Counted from the stretch's first letter, positions 9,600 to 20,094 are shown. The stretch is DNA of 64,000 nt from an uncultured Roseateles sp. (GCA_966211495.1 CBIHOT010000020.1:5188-69187), one strand, 5' to 3'. Translations and numbers: made by a program. The notes: a model not told the origin generated them from the sequence alone.

Positions 9600-12122
9600 A
9601 TGAACCGTCTCAATCCCCACCTCGACGCGGCCTTGCAGCGCGTGCGCTCCGCGGTGGAACAAGCCGCAGAGCGCGGCGCCGAAGGTTTGGGCCTCGCCGC
9701 CCTGTCCGCTGGACAGGCCAAGCGGCGCGATGCCCTGTTGTCGGCGCAATTCATCTTCCGCAAGCAGCAGGCCCTGTTCTCCCAGCGGTTTGACCAGTCC
9801 ATGCGCCGTCAGGCGGAGGACACGAGCGCCCCTGCCCCCGGCCAGCACAAGAACACCCAGTGGGACGAGCTGTCCCTGATGGACGACGACCAGGTCAATG
9901 CGCTGGTCGCGGCGGACCGCATTGGTCTGGCCATCGGCCACCAGAGCGAATGGGAACTGCGCGAGGTCGATGGCTACATCGGCAGCATTCCCGGCATGAC
10001 GGGCAAGGAAGACCGCCACCCGTTGCGGCCCCAGAACATTGCGCAGGCGCTGATCGACGGGGTGTACGCCGCCACCGATGACAGCGACACCCGCCAGATC
10101 CTGATCGACGAACTCACCCGCGCCCTGGCCCAGGAAATGAAGGCCTGTTATGCGGACATCGCGAGCCTGTTCCGCAGCCGCGGCCTGCGTCCGCAGGACC
10201 TGAAGGTTCGCGGCGGTGACAACTCCCGCGGGCAGTCCCTGCGCGGCAGCATGGGTCCGGGCGGCGCGCCCAGCGGCCACGGCCCGCTGGGCACCGACAG
10301 CCGCTACGCCACCCAACCCGGCGCGCTGAACAGTCTCAGCGGCCATGGTTTCCCGACCCGTTCGGGCGGCCTGCACGGCCTCGGAGCGGGCGGCATGCCG
10401 GGCGGCGTCCCGGGGGGCTTGGGCGTGCCGCACAGCGGCCACGGCGCCTTCCACCCGGGTTATCCGGTGGTCGGCACGGTCGATCCGCACCTGATGGACC
10501 TCCTGCGCCGTCTGGCGCAGACCCCGGTGCCCGCCTACAGCGGCGGCATGGGGGGGATGGGCGGCATGAATGGCGTGTCCACCGGCGGCATGCCTCTCTC
10601 GCCGGGCCTTGGCACGCCCAGCCAGTGGCAGCACTGGGAAGGCGACACCGTGGGTGCCGGCAGTCCGATGCTGGAAGGCGCACCGATCGTGCTGCCGCCC
10701 AACCTCATCCACATGCACCGGGACGAGCTGCGTCAGGCGGCCACCGGGTCGCTGGACCACATGGTCATTGATGTGGTGGCCGGACTGTTCGACCAGATCC
10801 TCTCCGACCCCAAGCTGCCCCCGCAGATGTCGCAGCAGATTGCCCGGCTGCAGCTGCCGGTGCTGCGGGCGGCGCTGGGGGATCGCAGCTTCTTCTCGTC
10901 GCGTCGCCATCCGGTGCGTCGGCTGGTCAACCGCATCGCCTCGCTGGCGATGGCCTACGAGAACTTCAACGAGGACCCGGGCAAGAGCTTCCTGGCGCTG
11001 GTGCGCGAACTCATCCAGGACATCGTCAGCGGCGATTTCGACCGCATGGACCTGTATGACGCCAAGCTGAACCAGCTAGAGCAGTTCATCGCCGAGCAGA
11101 CGGCCCAGGCGCTGAAGGCCCAGGGCGATGCCGCCGGTCTGGTGGAGCGCAAGGAAACCGAGTTGCGGCTGCAGCAGCGCTACATGCAGCAGCTGCAGCA
11201 GGCCATGGCCAATGTGGACATGCGCGACTTCCTGCGCGAGTTCCTCACCCAGACCTGGAGCCAGGTGCTGGTGCATGCGTCGCGAAATCCGGACCTGGAC
11301 GCCGGCCTCTTGGAGCGGCTGCGCAACATGGGCCGCGACCTGGTGCTGTCGGTGCAGCCCAAGACCTCACCGCAGCAGCGTCAGGCCTTCCTGGCTTCCC
11401 TGCCGGTGCTGATGCGCACCCTCAACGACGGTCTGGACCTTGTCCGCTGGCCGGAGTCCGAGCGCAAGAAATTCTTTGCCGAGCTGCTGCCGGCCCATGC
11501 CGACTCCCTCAAGGGACAGGCCTTGAGCCCGCTGGAATACAACCTGCTGGCCAAGCAGCTCGAAACCGTCTTCGGCATTGCGCCCCCGCGTGAGCAGGAC
11601 CTGCCCGCCCACACGCCGCTGGACCTGGACCTCACCGAGCGTCTGACCGACGAAGAAGCCAACCGCCTGGGCCTGGTGGACGACCAGCAGGTCGATTGGG
11701 ACGGCCATCTGGACATCGACCTGAGTGGCGATGAACAGGGGCCGCTGATGGCGGTGGACATCAGCATCGACGGTCTGCCGGCGGCGGAGGAAGCGCCGGA
11801 GCCGACCGGCGGGGTGCTGCTGCTGGAGCATCTGCAGCTGGGTTTTGCCTACCAGATGAACCGCGACAACAAGTGGATCAAGGTGCGGCTGGCCCACATC
11901 AGCGGCGGCCGCAGCTTCTTCATCTTCACCCATGGCGATCGCCATCAGGGCACGCTGACAATGACCTCGCGGATGCTGCACAAGATGTGCGAGGGCGGCC
12001 GGCTGCGCGCCTTCGAAAGCGCCTATCTGCTGGAACGCGCCACGGCCCGTGCGCGCAAGCAGCTCGCGGCACTGAGCGCGAGCGTCAAGGCGCAGGCGCC
12101 GACGGCCAAGCCGAGCGTTTGA
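9600..12122 (+). CDS. DUF1631 family protein (large cytoplasmic protein of unknown function)
   Basis: Track ORF is 9519..12122. The block QQIARLQLPVLRAALGDRSFFSSRRHPVRRLVNRI matches my recollection of the DUF1631 signature. It has a central Gly/Met/Pro-rich low-complexity region. The likely start is MNRLNPHL (ATG 9600). Confidence 0.7.
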   Translation: MNRLNPHLDAALQRVRSAVEQAAERGAEGLGLAALSAGQAKRRDALLSAQFIFRKQQALFSQRFDQSMRRQAEDTSAPAPGQHKNTQWDELSLMDDDQVNALVAADRIGLAIGHQSEWELREVDGYIGSIPGMTGKEDRHPLRPQNIAQALIDGVYAATDDSDTRQILIDELTRALAQEMKACYADIASLFRSRGLRPQDLKVRGGDNSRGQSLRGSMGPGGAPSGHGPLGTDSRYATQPGALNSLSGHGFPTRSGGLHGLGAGGMPGGVPGGLGVPHSGHGAFHPGYPVVGTVDPHLMDLLRRLAQTPVPAYSGGMGGMGGMNGVSTGGMPLSPGLGTPSQWQHWEGDTVGAGSPMLEGAPIVLPPNLIHMHRDELRQAATGSLDHMVIDVVAGLFDQILSDPKLPPQMSQQIARLQLPVLRAALGDRSFFSSRRHPVRRLVNRIASLAMAYENFNEDPGKSFLALVRELIQDIVSGDFDRMDLYDAKLNQLEQFIAEQTAQALKAQGDAAGLVERKETELRLQQRYMQQLQQAMANVDMRDFLREFLTQTWSQVLVHASRNPDLDAGLLERLRNMGRDLVLSVQPKTSPQQRQAFLASLPVLMRTLNDGLDLVRWPESERKKFFAELLPAHADSLKGQALSPLEYNLLAKQLETVFGIAPPREQDLPAHTPLDLDLTERLTDEEANRLGLVDDQQVDWDGHLDIDLSGDEQGPLMAVDISIDGLPAAEEAPEPTGGVLLLEHLQLGFAYQMNRDNKWIKVRLAHISGGRSFFIFTHGDRHQGTLTMTSRMLHKMCEGGRLRAFESAYLLERATARARKQLAALSASVKAQAPTAKPSV

Positions 12123-12124
12123 TG

Positions 12125-13156
12125 CTACGCGCCGGCGCTGCTTAACTGCCGCGCCATCCGGATCGCTGCCCGCATGCTGGACGGGTCCGCCCGGCCCGTC
12201 CCGGCGATGTCGAACGCCGTGCCGTGATCCGGGCTGGTGCGCACCAGCGGCAGCCCCAGCGTCACATTGACGCCGTCTTCCACGCCCAGGTACTTCACTG
12301 GAATCAGGCCCTGGTCGTGGGTCATGGCCACCACTGCATCGAACTCCCCGGGATGCTGCGGCGGCGCATGCCGGGCCCGCATGAAGATGGTGTCCGGCGC
12401 GAAGGGCCCGGTGGCGCGGATGCCCAGCGACTGCGCCTGCGCGATGGCCGGTGCGATGTGCTGGATCTCCTCATCGCCAAAAAGTCCGCCCTCCCCTGCA
12501 TGCGGATTCAAGCCCGCCACCGCGATGCGCGGCTCGGCGATGCCGGCGCGCTTGAGCGCCGCATCGGTGATGCGCAAGGTCTGCAGCACCTGGCCGGCGG
12601 TGATCAGGTCCACCGCCTTGCGCAGCGCCACATGGATGGTCACCAGCACCACCCGCAACTGATGGTTGGCCAGCATCATGCGCACCGGGGGCAACTGGCC
12701 CTGCGCATCGGCGCAGAGGGCCTGCAGCATTTCGGTATGACCCGGATAGGACACCCCCGCCGCATGCAGCGCTTCCTTATGGATGGGTGCCGTCACCAGG
12801 CCGCGAGACCGGCCGGCCTGCTGCTCCGCCACCGCCGCTTCAATGCAGCGCGCCGCCGCCAGTCCGGCCACGCCGCTGATCTGCCCGATCGGCTGGTCCA
12901 GCAGCGATGCGGCCGCTCCGTCCAGCAGCCCGGGTGGCTGCCACACCGGCAGGCAGTCCGGCGGCGGTGCTTCCGTGGCCGTCTCCAGCTGCACCACCGG
13001 CAGCGTCAGGCCCAGCATCTGCACCGCACGGCGGAGCACCGCCACATCGCCCACCAGGCGCAGATCGGCGCCGCGGTCCGCCGCCCAGGCGGCGACTGCC
13101 ACCTCCGGGCCAATGCCGCAGGCGTCTCCCATCGTGATCAACAGTGGCGCGGTCAT
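12125..13156 (-). CDS. pdxA: 4-hydroxythreonine-4-phosphate dehydrogenase
   Basis: PdxA hallmarks are ITMGDACGIGPEV, GHTEML, GLNPHAGEGG and the C-terminal TSPDHGTAFDIAG. Confidence 0.93.
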   Translation of the reverse strand: MTAPLLITMGDACGIGPEVAVAAWAADRGADLRLVGDVAVLRRAVQMLGLTLPVVQLETATEAPPPDCLPVWQPPGLLDGAAASLLDQPIGQISGVAGLAAARCIEAAVAEQQAGRSRGLVTAPIHKEALHAAGVSYPGHTEMLQALCADAQGQLPPVRMMLANHQLRVVLVTIHVALRKAVDLITAGQVLQTLRITDAALKRAGIAEPRIAVAGLNPHAGEGGLFGDEEIQHIAPAIAQAQSLGIRATGPFAPDTIFMRARHAPPQHPGEFDAVVAMTHDQGLIPVKYLGVEDGVNVTLGLPLVRTSPDHGTAFDIAGTGRADPSSMRAAIRMARQLSSAGA

Positions 13157-13905
13157 GCGGGATTCGGAATGTCGATGAATTGATAGTCCAGGCCCAGGGT
13201 CTGTGCGACCTGGCGGCCCAGGGCCTGCACCCCATAACGCTCGGTCGCATGATGGCCGGCCGCGATGAAGGCGACTCCAGTCTCCGCCGCATAGTGGGCC
13301 TGCGGCTCGGAAATCTCGCCGGTGATGAACACGTCAGCGCCCGCCGCAATGGCCGCTTCAAAATAGCCTTGCGCGCCGCCGGTGCACCAGGCCACCCGGC
13401 GCAGCGGACGTCCATCCCCCACTGCCTGCACCGTGGCGCGACCCAGGCGCTCTTCCAGATGATGGGTCAGCGACGGCAGATCAGCGAAGGACGCCGGCAG
13501 GTCGCCGATCGATCCGAGGTCCTGCTCCCCGAAACGACCGTCTGCCTGCCAGCCCAGATGCAACGCCAGTTGCGCGTTGTTTCCCAACTCGGGATGTGCA
13601 TCCAGCGGCAAGTGGTAGGCAAACAGGTTGATGTCATGCGACAACAGACGGGACAGCCGCTGCTTCATCCAGCCGACGACCCGGCCGTCCTGCCCCCGCC
13701 AGAACAGTCCGTGGTGGACCAGAATCGCGTCCGCGCGGGCTTCGATGGCCGCATCGATCAGCGCCAGACTGGCCGTGACCCCACAAATCAGGCGACCGAT
13801 CTGCTCACGTCCCTCGACCTGCAGACCGTTCGGCCCATAATCCTTGAAGCGCGAGGGCTCCAGTGTGGCGGCGAGCAGCCGCTCCAGTTCCGTGCGATGT
13901 GCCAT
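13153..13905 (-). CDS. Nif3-like dinuclear metal centre protein (YbgI family)
   Basis: 250 aa with motifs ILVHHGLFW, LFAYHLPLDAHPELGNN, FITGEISE and AAGHHATERYG. Its stop overlaps the pdxA start by 4 nt. Confidence 0.9.
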   Translation of the reverse strand: MAHRTELERLLAATLEPSRFKDYGPNGLQVEGREQIGRLICGVTASLALIDAAIEARADAILVHHGLFWRGQDGRVVGWMKQRLSRLLSHDINLFAYHLPLDAHPELGNNAQLALHLGWQADGRFGEQDLGSIGDLPASFADLPSLTHHLEERLGRATVQAVGDGRPLRRVAWCTGGAQGYFEAAIAAGADVFITGEISEPQAHYAAETGVAFIAAGHHATERYGVQALGRQVAQTLGLDYQFIDIPNPA

Positions 13906-15076
13906 GACAGGGTCTCAATTGCGTCAAACCTGGCTGATTTTCTCCCAGGCCACCACGGTGGCGCTGGCCGGTGTATTTGTGGTGGCCTCGTTGAAGCCGG
14001 AATGGCTGCATCAAGGTCCATCCGTCCTGGCCACGTTGCCGGCGGCCGTCGGTGCGCCCCCGCGTGCTGCCGTGCAATTCAGCTATGCGGCGGCGGCGCA
14101 GGCTGCGTCGCCGGCGGTGGTGGCGGTGCTGGCCAACAAGCCGGCTCTCACCCAGCGTGAGATCGAAGCCGACCCCTGGCTGCGCTTCCACTTCGGACGG
14201 CGCATTCCGCAGCGGCAGCAGACGGGCCTGGGCTCCGGCGTGATCGTCTCGCCCGAGGGCTATGTGCTGACCAACAACCATGTGGTGTCGGGCGCCACCG
14301 AGATCCGGGTGCAGTTGCCGGATGGTCGCGAGGCTGCCGCCCGGCTGGTGGGGACGGATCCGGAGACCGACCTGGCCGTGCTGCGCATCGAGCTGGCCGC
14401 GCCGCTGCCGGTCATCCATCCCGGCCGCGCCGAAGACCTGCAGGTGGGCGATGTGGTGCTGGCCATCGGCAATCCGTTCAATGTGGGACAGACGGTGACC
14501 TCCGGCATCGTGAGTGCGCTGGGCCGCTCGCAGCTGGGCCTGAGCACCTTCGAGAATTTCATCCAGACCGATGCGGCCATCAACCCCGGCAACTCCGGCG
14601 GCGCGCTGGTGGACGCCCAGGGCCGACTGGTGGGCATCAACACGGCCATCTACTCCCGCACCGGCGGCGGGAGCCTGGGCATCGGCTTTGCGATTCCGGT
14701 GGACTCGGCCTATCAGGTGCTGGAAGCGCTGATCAAGGACGGCAAGGTCAGCCGCGGATGGATCGGGGTGATCACCGGCGAGGTGAATGCCGAGGTGGTG
14801 GAGATGATGAAGCTCTCCGTCCAGCAGGGCGTGCTGGTGAAGGAAGTCTTCAAGGCCAGCCCGGCCGCCAAGGCAGGGGTCGAAGCCGGTGATGTGGTGA
14901 CCGAGGTGAACGGCCGCGCGGTGCGGTCACCGCGGGAGCTGATCAATGTGGTGGCGGCGCTCAAGCCGGAGAGCCAGGTGCAGGTCCAGGTGCAGCGCGG
15001 CAAGCAGACCTTGAATCTTCAATTGCAGGTCGGGCTGCGCAAGCCGCTGACCGATGAGGCCACCCCGGAAGAATGA
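13904..15076 (+). CDS. S1C serine endoprotease, DegS/AlgW-like (TM anchor plus one PDZ)
   Basis: Track ORF starts at 13844. Motifs are LGSGVIVSPEGYVLTNNHVV, TDLAVL and GNSGGALV (catalytic Ser), with a single PDZ (GVLVKEV…AGVEAGDVVTEVNG). There is an N-terminal TM segment after ATG 13904. Confidence 0.9.
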   Translation: MTGSQLRQTWLIFSQATTVALAGVFVVASLKPEWLHQGPSVLATLPAAVGAPPRAAVQFSYAAAAQAASPAVVAVLANKPALTQREIEADPWLRFHFGRRIPQRQQTGLGSGVIVSPEGYVLTNNHVVSGATEIRVQLPDGREAAARLVGTDPETDLAVLRIELAAPLPVIHPGRAEDLQVGDVVLAIGNPFNVGQTVTSGIVSALGRSQLGLSTFENFIQTDAAINPGNSGGALVDAQGRLVGINTAIYSRTGGGSLGIGFAIPVDSAYQVLEALIKDGKVSRGWIGVITGEVNAEVVEMMKLSVQQGVLVKEVFKASPAAKAGVEAGDVVTEVNGRAVRSPRELINVVAALKPESQVQVQVQRGKQTLNLQLQVGLRKPLTDEATPEE

Positions 15077-15113
15077 CACGCCACCGCCGTTGAATCAGCG
15101 GAGCGCACAACGC

Positions 15114-15146
15114 AAAAGGCCATGCACCTCTCGGGCATGGCCTTTT
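15114..15146. terminator. Bidirectional terminator between the convergent protease gene and tatC
   Basis: Stem AAAAGGCCATGC/GCATGGCCTTTT (15114-15125/15135-15146), flanked by an A-run upstream and TTTTGTTTT downstream. Confidence 0.8.
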
Positions 15147-15207
15147 GTTTTGGACGTGGCGCCGGCAAGCCGCCCGGCCACCACGGACCCGGCTCCCCGA
15201 ACGCCCA

Positions 15208-16008
15208 TCAGCTTTCCGTCGATCCTGCGGCGTCCGTGTCCGGCGCCTTGCTGTAGCGCGCAAACGCGTTCGATGCCCAGATGCCCACCTCGTAGAGGAT
15301 GCACATCGGAATGGCCAGCGCCAGCTGCGAGACGATGTCCGGCGGCGTGATCACAGCCGCCACCACGAAGGCGATCACGATGAAATAGCCTCGAAATTCC
15401 TTCAGCTGCGCCACCGTCACCAGACCCATGCGGGCCAGCACCACCACCACCACCGGCACCTCGAAGGCGGCGCCGAAGGCGATGAACATGTTCATCACGA
15501 AGCCCAGATAGGCCTCAATGTCCGGCGCTGCGGTGATGCTTTTCGGCGCGAAGCTCTGGATGAAGGTGAACACCTTCGCAAACACCACAAAGTAGCAGAA
15601 CGCCACGCCGGCAAAAAACAGCAGCGTGCTGGAGACCACCAGCGGCAGCACCAGCTTCTTTTCGTGGGAATACAGGCCCGGCGCCACAAACGCCCAGACC
15701 TGATAGAGCACCACCGGCAGCGCCACCAGAAAGGCCGCCAGCAGCGTGATCTTCAGCGGCACCAGGAACGGTGACAGCACATTGGTGGCGATCATCGAGC
15801 TGCCCTGCGGCAGATGCGACACGAGCGGCACCGCCAGCAGATCGAACAGCCCTCCGGGGCCGGGATACAGGCACAGCACCCCGAAAGCCAGGCCAACGGC
15901 CAGCAATGCGCGGATCAACCGGTCGCGCAGCTCCATGAGGTGGGAGACAAAGGGCTGCTCGGTACCGGCCAGTTCGTCTTTGGAGGCGTCGTCGTGGGGG
16001 CTGCTCAT
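15208..16008 (-). CDS. tatC: Twin-arginine translocase subunit TatC
   Basis: Six-TM protein with the conserved PFVSHLMELRDRLIR N-terminus. It overlaps the tatB stop by 4 nt. Confidence 0.96.
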   Translation of the reverse strand: MSSPHDDASKDELAGTEQPFVSHLMELRDRLIRALLAVGLAFGVLCLYPGPGGLFDLLAVPLVSHLPQGSSMIATNVLSPFLVPLKITLLAAFLVALPVVLYQVWAFVAPGLYSHEKKLVLPLVVSSTLLFFAGVAFCYFVVFAKVFTFIQSFAPKSITAAPDIEAYLGFVMNMFIAFGAAFEVPVVVVVLARMGLVTVAQLKEFRGYFIVIAFVVAAVITPPDIVSQLALAIPMCILYEVGIWASNAFARYSKAPDTDAAGSTES

Positions 16009-16487
16009 GAAGCTCGGCGTGGGGGACGGAAGCGCGCCACTCGGGCCGCGCCGGACTGGGTGTGCCTGCGCACCCCCTGCCGCTGCTTGTACCAGAGCGG
16101 CATGGCGCCGCGTTTGAGGCGCCAGTTTTTGCCAGGATGGCTATAGGCCGGCGGGGGCGCGGACGCGGCCATGGCGGCCTCACTCGAGCCGCCTTCCACC
16201 GACAGATCGGACCAGGTGGAATGGATGGCCTGATGGGCCGAGTCCATTTCCTGGCGGACGGTGGTTTCCACGTCGTTCACCGCCGTCTGGAACTGGGTCT
16301 TCATCTTCTGAAGTTCCTCCAGTTCGATCGAGCGGTTGACCTCGGCCTTCACGTCGGACACATAACGCTGCGCCTTGCCCAGCAGGTGGCCCACGGTGCG
16401 CGCAACCCGGGGCAGACGCTCCGGGCCCAGCACGACCAGCGCCACGCCGCCGATCAGGATCAGCTTGTCAAAGCCGAAATCGATCAT
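16005..16487 (-). CDS. tatB: Twin-arginine translocase subunit TatB
   Basis: MIDFGFDKLILIGGVALVVLGPERLPRVARTVG is the canonical TatB N-terminus. Confidence 0.95.
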   Translation of the reverse strand: MIDFGFDKLILIGGVALVVLGPERLPRVARTVGHLLGKAQRYVSDVKAEVNRSIELEELQKMKTQFQTAVNDVETTVRQEMDSAHQAIHSTWSDLSVEGGSSEAAMAASAPPPAYSHPGKNWRLKRGAMPLWYKQRQGVRRHTQSGAARVARFRPPRRAS

Positions 16488-16495
16488 GCGGACGC

Positions 16496-16723
16496 TCAGC
16501 TGCGGGTCTTGGCGTCAACGTCCACCGTGTTGGGATCGGCGGCCTTGTTGGCGTTGGCCACTTGCTGGGGAGGCGCATCGCTGCCGCCGTCCTTCATGCC
16601 GTCCTTGAAACCCTTGACGGCCGCGCCCAGGTCGCCGCCGACATTGCGCAGCTTCTTGGTGCCGAACACCGCAATCACGACCACCAGCACGATCAGCCAG
16701 TGCCAGATGCTCATACTACCCAT
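16496..16723 (-). CDS. tatA: Twin-arginine translocase subunit TatA
   Basis: Track ORF extends to 16777. The TatA core [33 protein letters not shown] starts at 16723. Confidence 0.93.
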   Translation of the reverse strand: MGSMSIWHWLIVLVVVIAVFGTKKLRNVGGDLGAAVKGFKDGMKDGGSDAPPQQVANANKAADPNTVDVDAKTRS

Positions 16724-16843
16724 GACATTCTCCAGAGTGGATATCGAAATTCTAGTGGCCCCGCGTGACACGAACACGGCGGTGGCCCTTCAAGCCCTTC
16801 CCGCATGAGCGACATATGCCCCAGCGGAGAGGGTTGCAGCGCC

Positions 16844-17191
16844 TCAGCCCTTGGCCCACGGGCGGGGACCGCCCATTGCATGCATGTGCAGGTGGAAGAC
16901 TTCCTGCCCGCCATCCGAACCGGTGTTCACCACCGTGCGGAAGCCGTTGGTGACGCCCAGCTGCTTCATCAGTTGCGGCACCAGCACCGTCATCTTGCCC
17001 ATCAGCGCCGCATGCTGAGGCTGCAGATCGGCCATGCTGGCGATGTGCAGCTTGGGAATCAGCAGGATGTGGACCGGCGCCCAGGGATGGATGTCGTGGA
17101 AGACCAGCAGATCTTCGTCCTCATGGACCTTCTTCGACGGGATCTGGCCCGCGACGATCTTGCAGAAGATGCAGTTGGGGTCGTGACTCAT
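16844..17191 (-). CDS. HIT family (histidine triad) nucleotide hydrolase
   Basis: 115 aa with CIFCKIVAGQIPS and the histidine triad HLHMHAMGG. Confidence 0.93.
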   Translation of the reverse strand: MSHDPNCIFCKIVAGQIPSKKVHEDEDLLVFHDIHPWAPVHILLIPKLHIASMADLQPQHAALMGKMTVLVPQLMKQLGVTNGFRTVVNTGSDGGQEVFHLHMHAMGGPRPWAKG

Positions 17192-17217
17192 GGTGTTTCA
17201 GCAGGTCTTGGACCGGT

Positions 17218-17574
17218 TCAGACCGGCATCGGCTTGTTGTCGTTCCAGTTCAGGATGCCCTTGACCAGGCGATAGATCATCCACAGCGTGTCCACCGCCA
17301 GCACGACGATGCCGACGCCGACAATCAGGAGGGCGAAGCCGATCACTGCCCACAGCAGGCTCCACCAGAAGGTGCGGATCTGCCAGGTGAAATGACTGGC
17401 GTAGATCGTGCCTTCAGTCTCTTCGCGCTTCACGTAGTTGATGATGATCGCGACGATGCTGGTGATGCCGGTAAAGAAGCTCAGCGCATACAGCACATAG
17501 GTGATCAAGGTCAGTTGCTTCAGACTGGCCAGCTTCTCGCCGGTCGGGGCATTCAAACTCAGTTCCTCATTCAT
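17218..17574 (-). CDS. Small membrane protein, DUF4870-like
   Basis: Track ORF extends to 17661. The start MNEELSL at 17574 is preceded by GGAGAG. There are three hydrophobic segments. The family call is from memory of similar proteins between the his and tat genes. Confidence 0.6.
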   Translation of the reverse strand: MNEELSLNAPTGEKLASLKQLTLITYVLYALSFFTGITSIVAIIINYVKREETEGTIYASHFTWQIRTFWWSLLWAVIGFALLIVGVGIVVLAVDTLWMIYRLVKGILNWNDNKPMPV

Positions 17575-17623
17575 CGCGCGCTCTCCCTGGTGGTGGTTGT
17601 GAATCGGATGTTGCGAGTCGAAT

Positions 17624-18061
17624 TCAGGCGGACGGGCTGGGCGGCCGGGACCGGGCGGCAAACTCTTCCAGTCCGGAGAGTCCTTCGCGACGGGCCAGTT
17701 CCGCCAGCACCTGACAGGGCTCCACCTTCAGCGCGGCAAGCGCCACGATGGAGTGAAACCAGAGGTCGGCCACTTCATACACCAGCTTCTGCGGGTCGCC
17801 GTCCTTGGCAGCCAGCACGACTTCGGTGGCTTCTTCTCCGACCTTCTTCAGGATGTGGTCCAGGCCCTTGGAAAACAGCTTGGCCACATAGCTCGTGTCG
17901 GCCTGGCCTTCGTCGCGACGCTGAGCGACCACCTCACCGAGATGGGCCAGTACGTCGGGGCCGGTCCAGGCCGGGGCGCTGAAAGGGGCGTTGACGGGGG
18001 CGGTGGCGTTGATCGAGGCGCTCGTGTCGTCGCCCGGAGAGTCGCTGATGGGGGCGCTCAT
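17624..18061 (-). CDS. hisE: Phosphoribosyl-ATP diphosphatase
   Basis: [33 protein letters not shown]…[13 protein letters not shown] is the HisE signature. It lies downstream of hisI. Confidence 0.93.
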   Translation of the reverse strand: MSAPISDSPGDDTSASINATAPVNAPFSAPAWTGPDVLAHLGEVVAQRRDEGQADTSYVAKLFSKGLDHILKKVGEEATEVVLAAKDGDPQKLVYEVADLWFHSIVALAALKVEPCQVLAELARREGLSGLEEFAARSRPPSPSA

Positions 18062-18064
18062 GCT

Positions 18065-18457
18065 TCAGCTCTTGTAGATCTGGGCCGGATCCTTGAGGAC
18101 CGGCTCCACGGAGGTCCAGCGGCCGTCTTCGAGGCGCTGGAAGAAACAGCTGTGCCGGCCGGTATGGCAGGCGATGCCGGGCTCATGGCCGTGCTGGGTG
18201 ATGGTGAGCAGCAGCACGTCGTTGTCGCAATCCATGCGGATGCTGTGCACCTGCTGCACATGACCGGATTCTTCGCCCTTGTGCCAGAGCTTGCGGCGCG
18301 AGCGGCTCCAGTAGACCGCCTGGCCGAGCTCGGCGGTGCGAGCGACGGCGTCGCGGTTCATCCAGGCAAACATGAGGACATCGCCGGAGCCCTGCTCCTG
18401 CGCAATGACGGGGACCAGCCCATCGGCGTCCCACTTGATCTGATCGAGCCAATCCAT
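18065..18457 (-). CDS. hisI: Phosphoribosyl-AMP cyclohydrolase
   Basis: Track ORF extends to 18661. The conserved protein starts at [21 protein letters not shown] (CAT 18455-18457) and contains [17 protein letters not shown] and [10 protein letters not shown]. Confidence 0.94.
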   Translation of the reverse strand: MDWLDQIKWDADGLVPVIAQEQGSGDVLMFAWMNRDAVARTAELGQAVYWSRSRRKLWHKGEESGHVQQVHSIRMDCDNDVLLLTITQHGHEPGIACHTGRHSCFFQRLEDGRWTSVEPVLKDPAQIYKS

Positions 18458-18473
18458 GGCGGCAGTGTAGTCC

Positions 18474-19067
18474 TCAGCCGACGTGGGTGGGGCCGGCGTG
18501 CTTCCGTTCTTCGGCGAACCAGCGCAGGACAGGAAGGGTGCCTGGCAACACCGGCTGCACCTGCACCGGCAGATCCTGCCAGGCCATGGCCTGCTGCTCG
18601 CGCATCTCGAACTCACCGGTCCAGTCGAACACCTTGCAGAAATGCAGACGCACCCGGGCATGGGGGTAGTCCATCATCTCCACCTTCCAGGGATGGGCCG
18701 CGCTGATGGTGATGCCCAGCTCTTCCTGCAATTCGCGGCGCAGCGCCTGCTCGACGGTTTCACCCTGCTCCAGCTTGCCGCCGGGGAACTCCCAGTAGCC
18801 CGCATAGACCTTGCCTTCGGGGCGGGATGTCAGCAGAAATTCCGCTTCGTGGCCCTGGGCCGATCGCCGCACCAGCACGCCCACCGCCACATCGACCGGA
18901 ACCCGGTCTTCCGGCCAGGCGGGGCCATTGACCGAACTGGGCGCGCCGGCCGGGCTGGCGGAGGGAATGGGAGACGGGGTGGACGGAGAAACCGAAGTTG
19001 CAGCTGCGACGTCGGTCGCGAGGGTTTGGGTGGATGCGGCAGCGGGGATCTTGGCAGACTCAGACAT
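18474..19067 (-). CDS. NUDIX hydrolase (MutT-like)
   Basis: Nudix box [24 protein letters not shown]. The N-terminal Ala/Ser/Pro-rich extension makes the start uncertain. I chose MSESAK at 19067 because it avoids overlap with the upstream gene. Confidence 0.8.
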   Translation of the reverse strand: MSESAKIPAAASTQTLATDVAAATSVSPSTPSPIPSASPAGAPSSVNGPAWPEDRVPVDVAVGVLVRRSAQGHEAEFLLTSRPEGKVYAGYWEFPGGKLEQGETVEQALRRELQEELGITISAAHPWKVEMMDYPHARVRLHFCKVFDWTGEFEMREQQAMAWQDLPVQVQPVLPGTLPVLRWFAEERKHAGPTHVG

Positions 19068-20052
19068 GGTCCAGCCCCTGGGGGGCATCATCGTCAGTGG
19101 CAGAAGAAGCGGCGGCAGCACCGGAGCCGGTGCCATCACGGGTGGCAGACGAGCTCGTCGGCAGGCCGGCGTCGTCCGTGCCGCCGCGACCGGCGAGGTC
19201 TCGCGCGAATTGGTAAGCGACCCGACCAGAGCGGGAGCCCCGCTCCAGCGCCCACACCAGCGCAGGCTGGCGGGCGGCGTCGATCTGCGCCTCGCTCAGC
19301 CCGAAATGGCGAAGCCACTGCGCCACGATCGTCAGGTATTCCTGCTGGCTGAAACTGTAGAAGCTGATCCACAGGCCGAAGCGCTCGGACAGCGAGATCT
19401 TCTCTTCCACCGCTTCGCCGGGATGCACTTCCACATTGCCATCGCGCTCGGCATGGGTGTAGCCGAGGTTGTCCTTCATCTGCTCGGGCAGCAGGTGGCG
19501 GCGGTTGCTGGTGGCGTAGATCAGCAGATTGTCGGTGGCCGCGGCGATGGAGCCGTCCAGCATCGACTTGAGCGCCTTGTAGCCGGCCTCGCCTTCATCG
19601 AAGCTGAGGTCGTCGCAGAAGATCACGAAGCGTTCGTGACGGTCCGCCACCAGGTCGGCCAGCTCAGGCAGGTCCACCAGATCGGTCTTGTCGACTTCGA
19701 TCAGGCGCAGGCCCTGCCCTGCGAATTCATTGAGACAGGCCTTGATCAGCGAGCTCTTGCCGGTCCCGCGGGCACCGGTCAGCAGCACATTGTTGGCGGG
19801 CTGTCCGGCCACGAACTGGCGGGTGTTGCGCAGCAGGCGCTCCTTCTGCGGCTCGACCTCCTTGAGATCGGCCAGGCGGATGCCCGAGAGATGCTTCACC
19901 GGCTCCAGCCGCGCGCTCGCACCGCGCTTGCGGTAGCGGAAGGCGACGGAGGACGACCAGTCCGGCGCCACCAGCGGCTGCGGCAGCACCGCTTCCAGAC
20001 GGCTCAACAGCGCATCGGCGCGCTGCAGCAGGGCATCAAGGGCGTCGGACAT
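19060..20052 (-). CDS. AAA-type ATPase, DUF815 family
   Basis: Walker A LLTGARGTGKSS and Walker B FVIFCDDLSF. The overall sequence matches my recollection of DUF815 proteins. Confidence 0.8.
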   Translation of the reverse strand: MSDALDALLQRADALLSRLEAVLPQPLVAPDWSSSVAFRYRKRGASARLEPVKHLSGIRLADLKEVEPQKERLLRNTRQFVAGQPANNVLLTGARGTGKSSLIKACLNEFAGQGLRLIEVDKTDLVDLPELADLVADRHERFVIFCDDLSFDEGEAGYKALKSMLDGSIAAATDNLLIYATSNRRHLLPEQMKDNLGYTHAERDGNVEVHPGEAVEEKISLSERFGLWISFYSFSQQEYLTIVAQWLRHFGLSEAQIDAARQPALVWALERGSRSGRVAYQFARDLAGRGGTDDAGLPTSSSATRDGTGSGAAAASSATDDDAPQGLDHV

Positions 20053-20094
20053 GGCGAGCTGGGGAAGCGTTGGGAGCAGCCATGAAGGCTGCGG

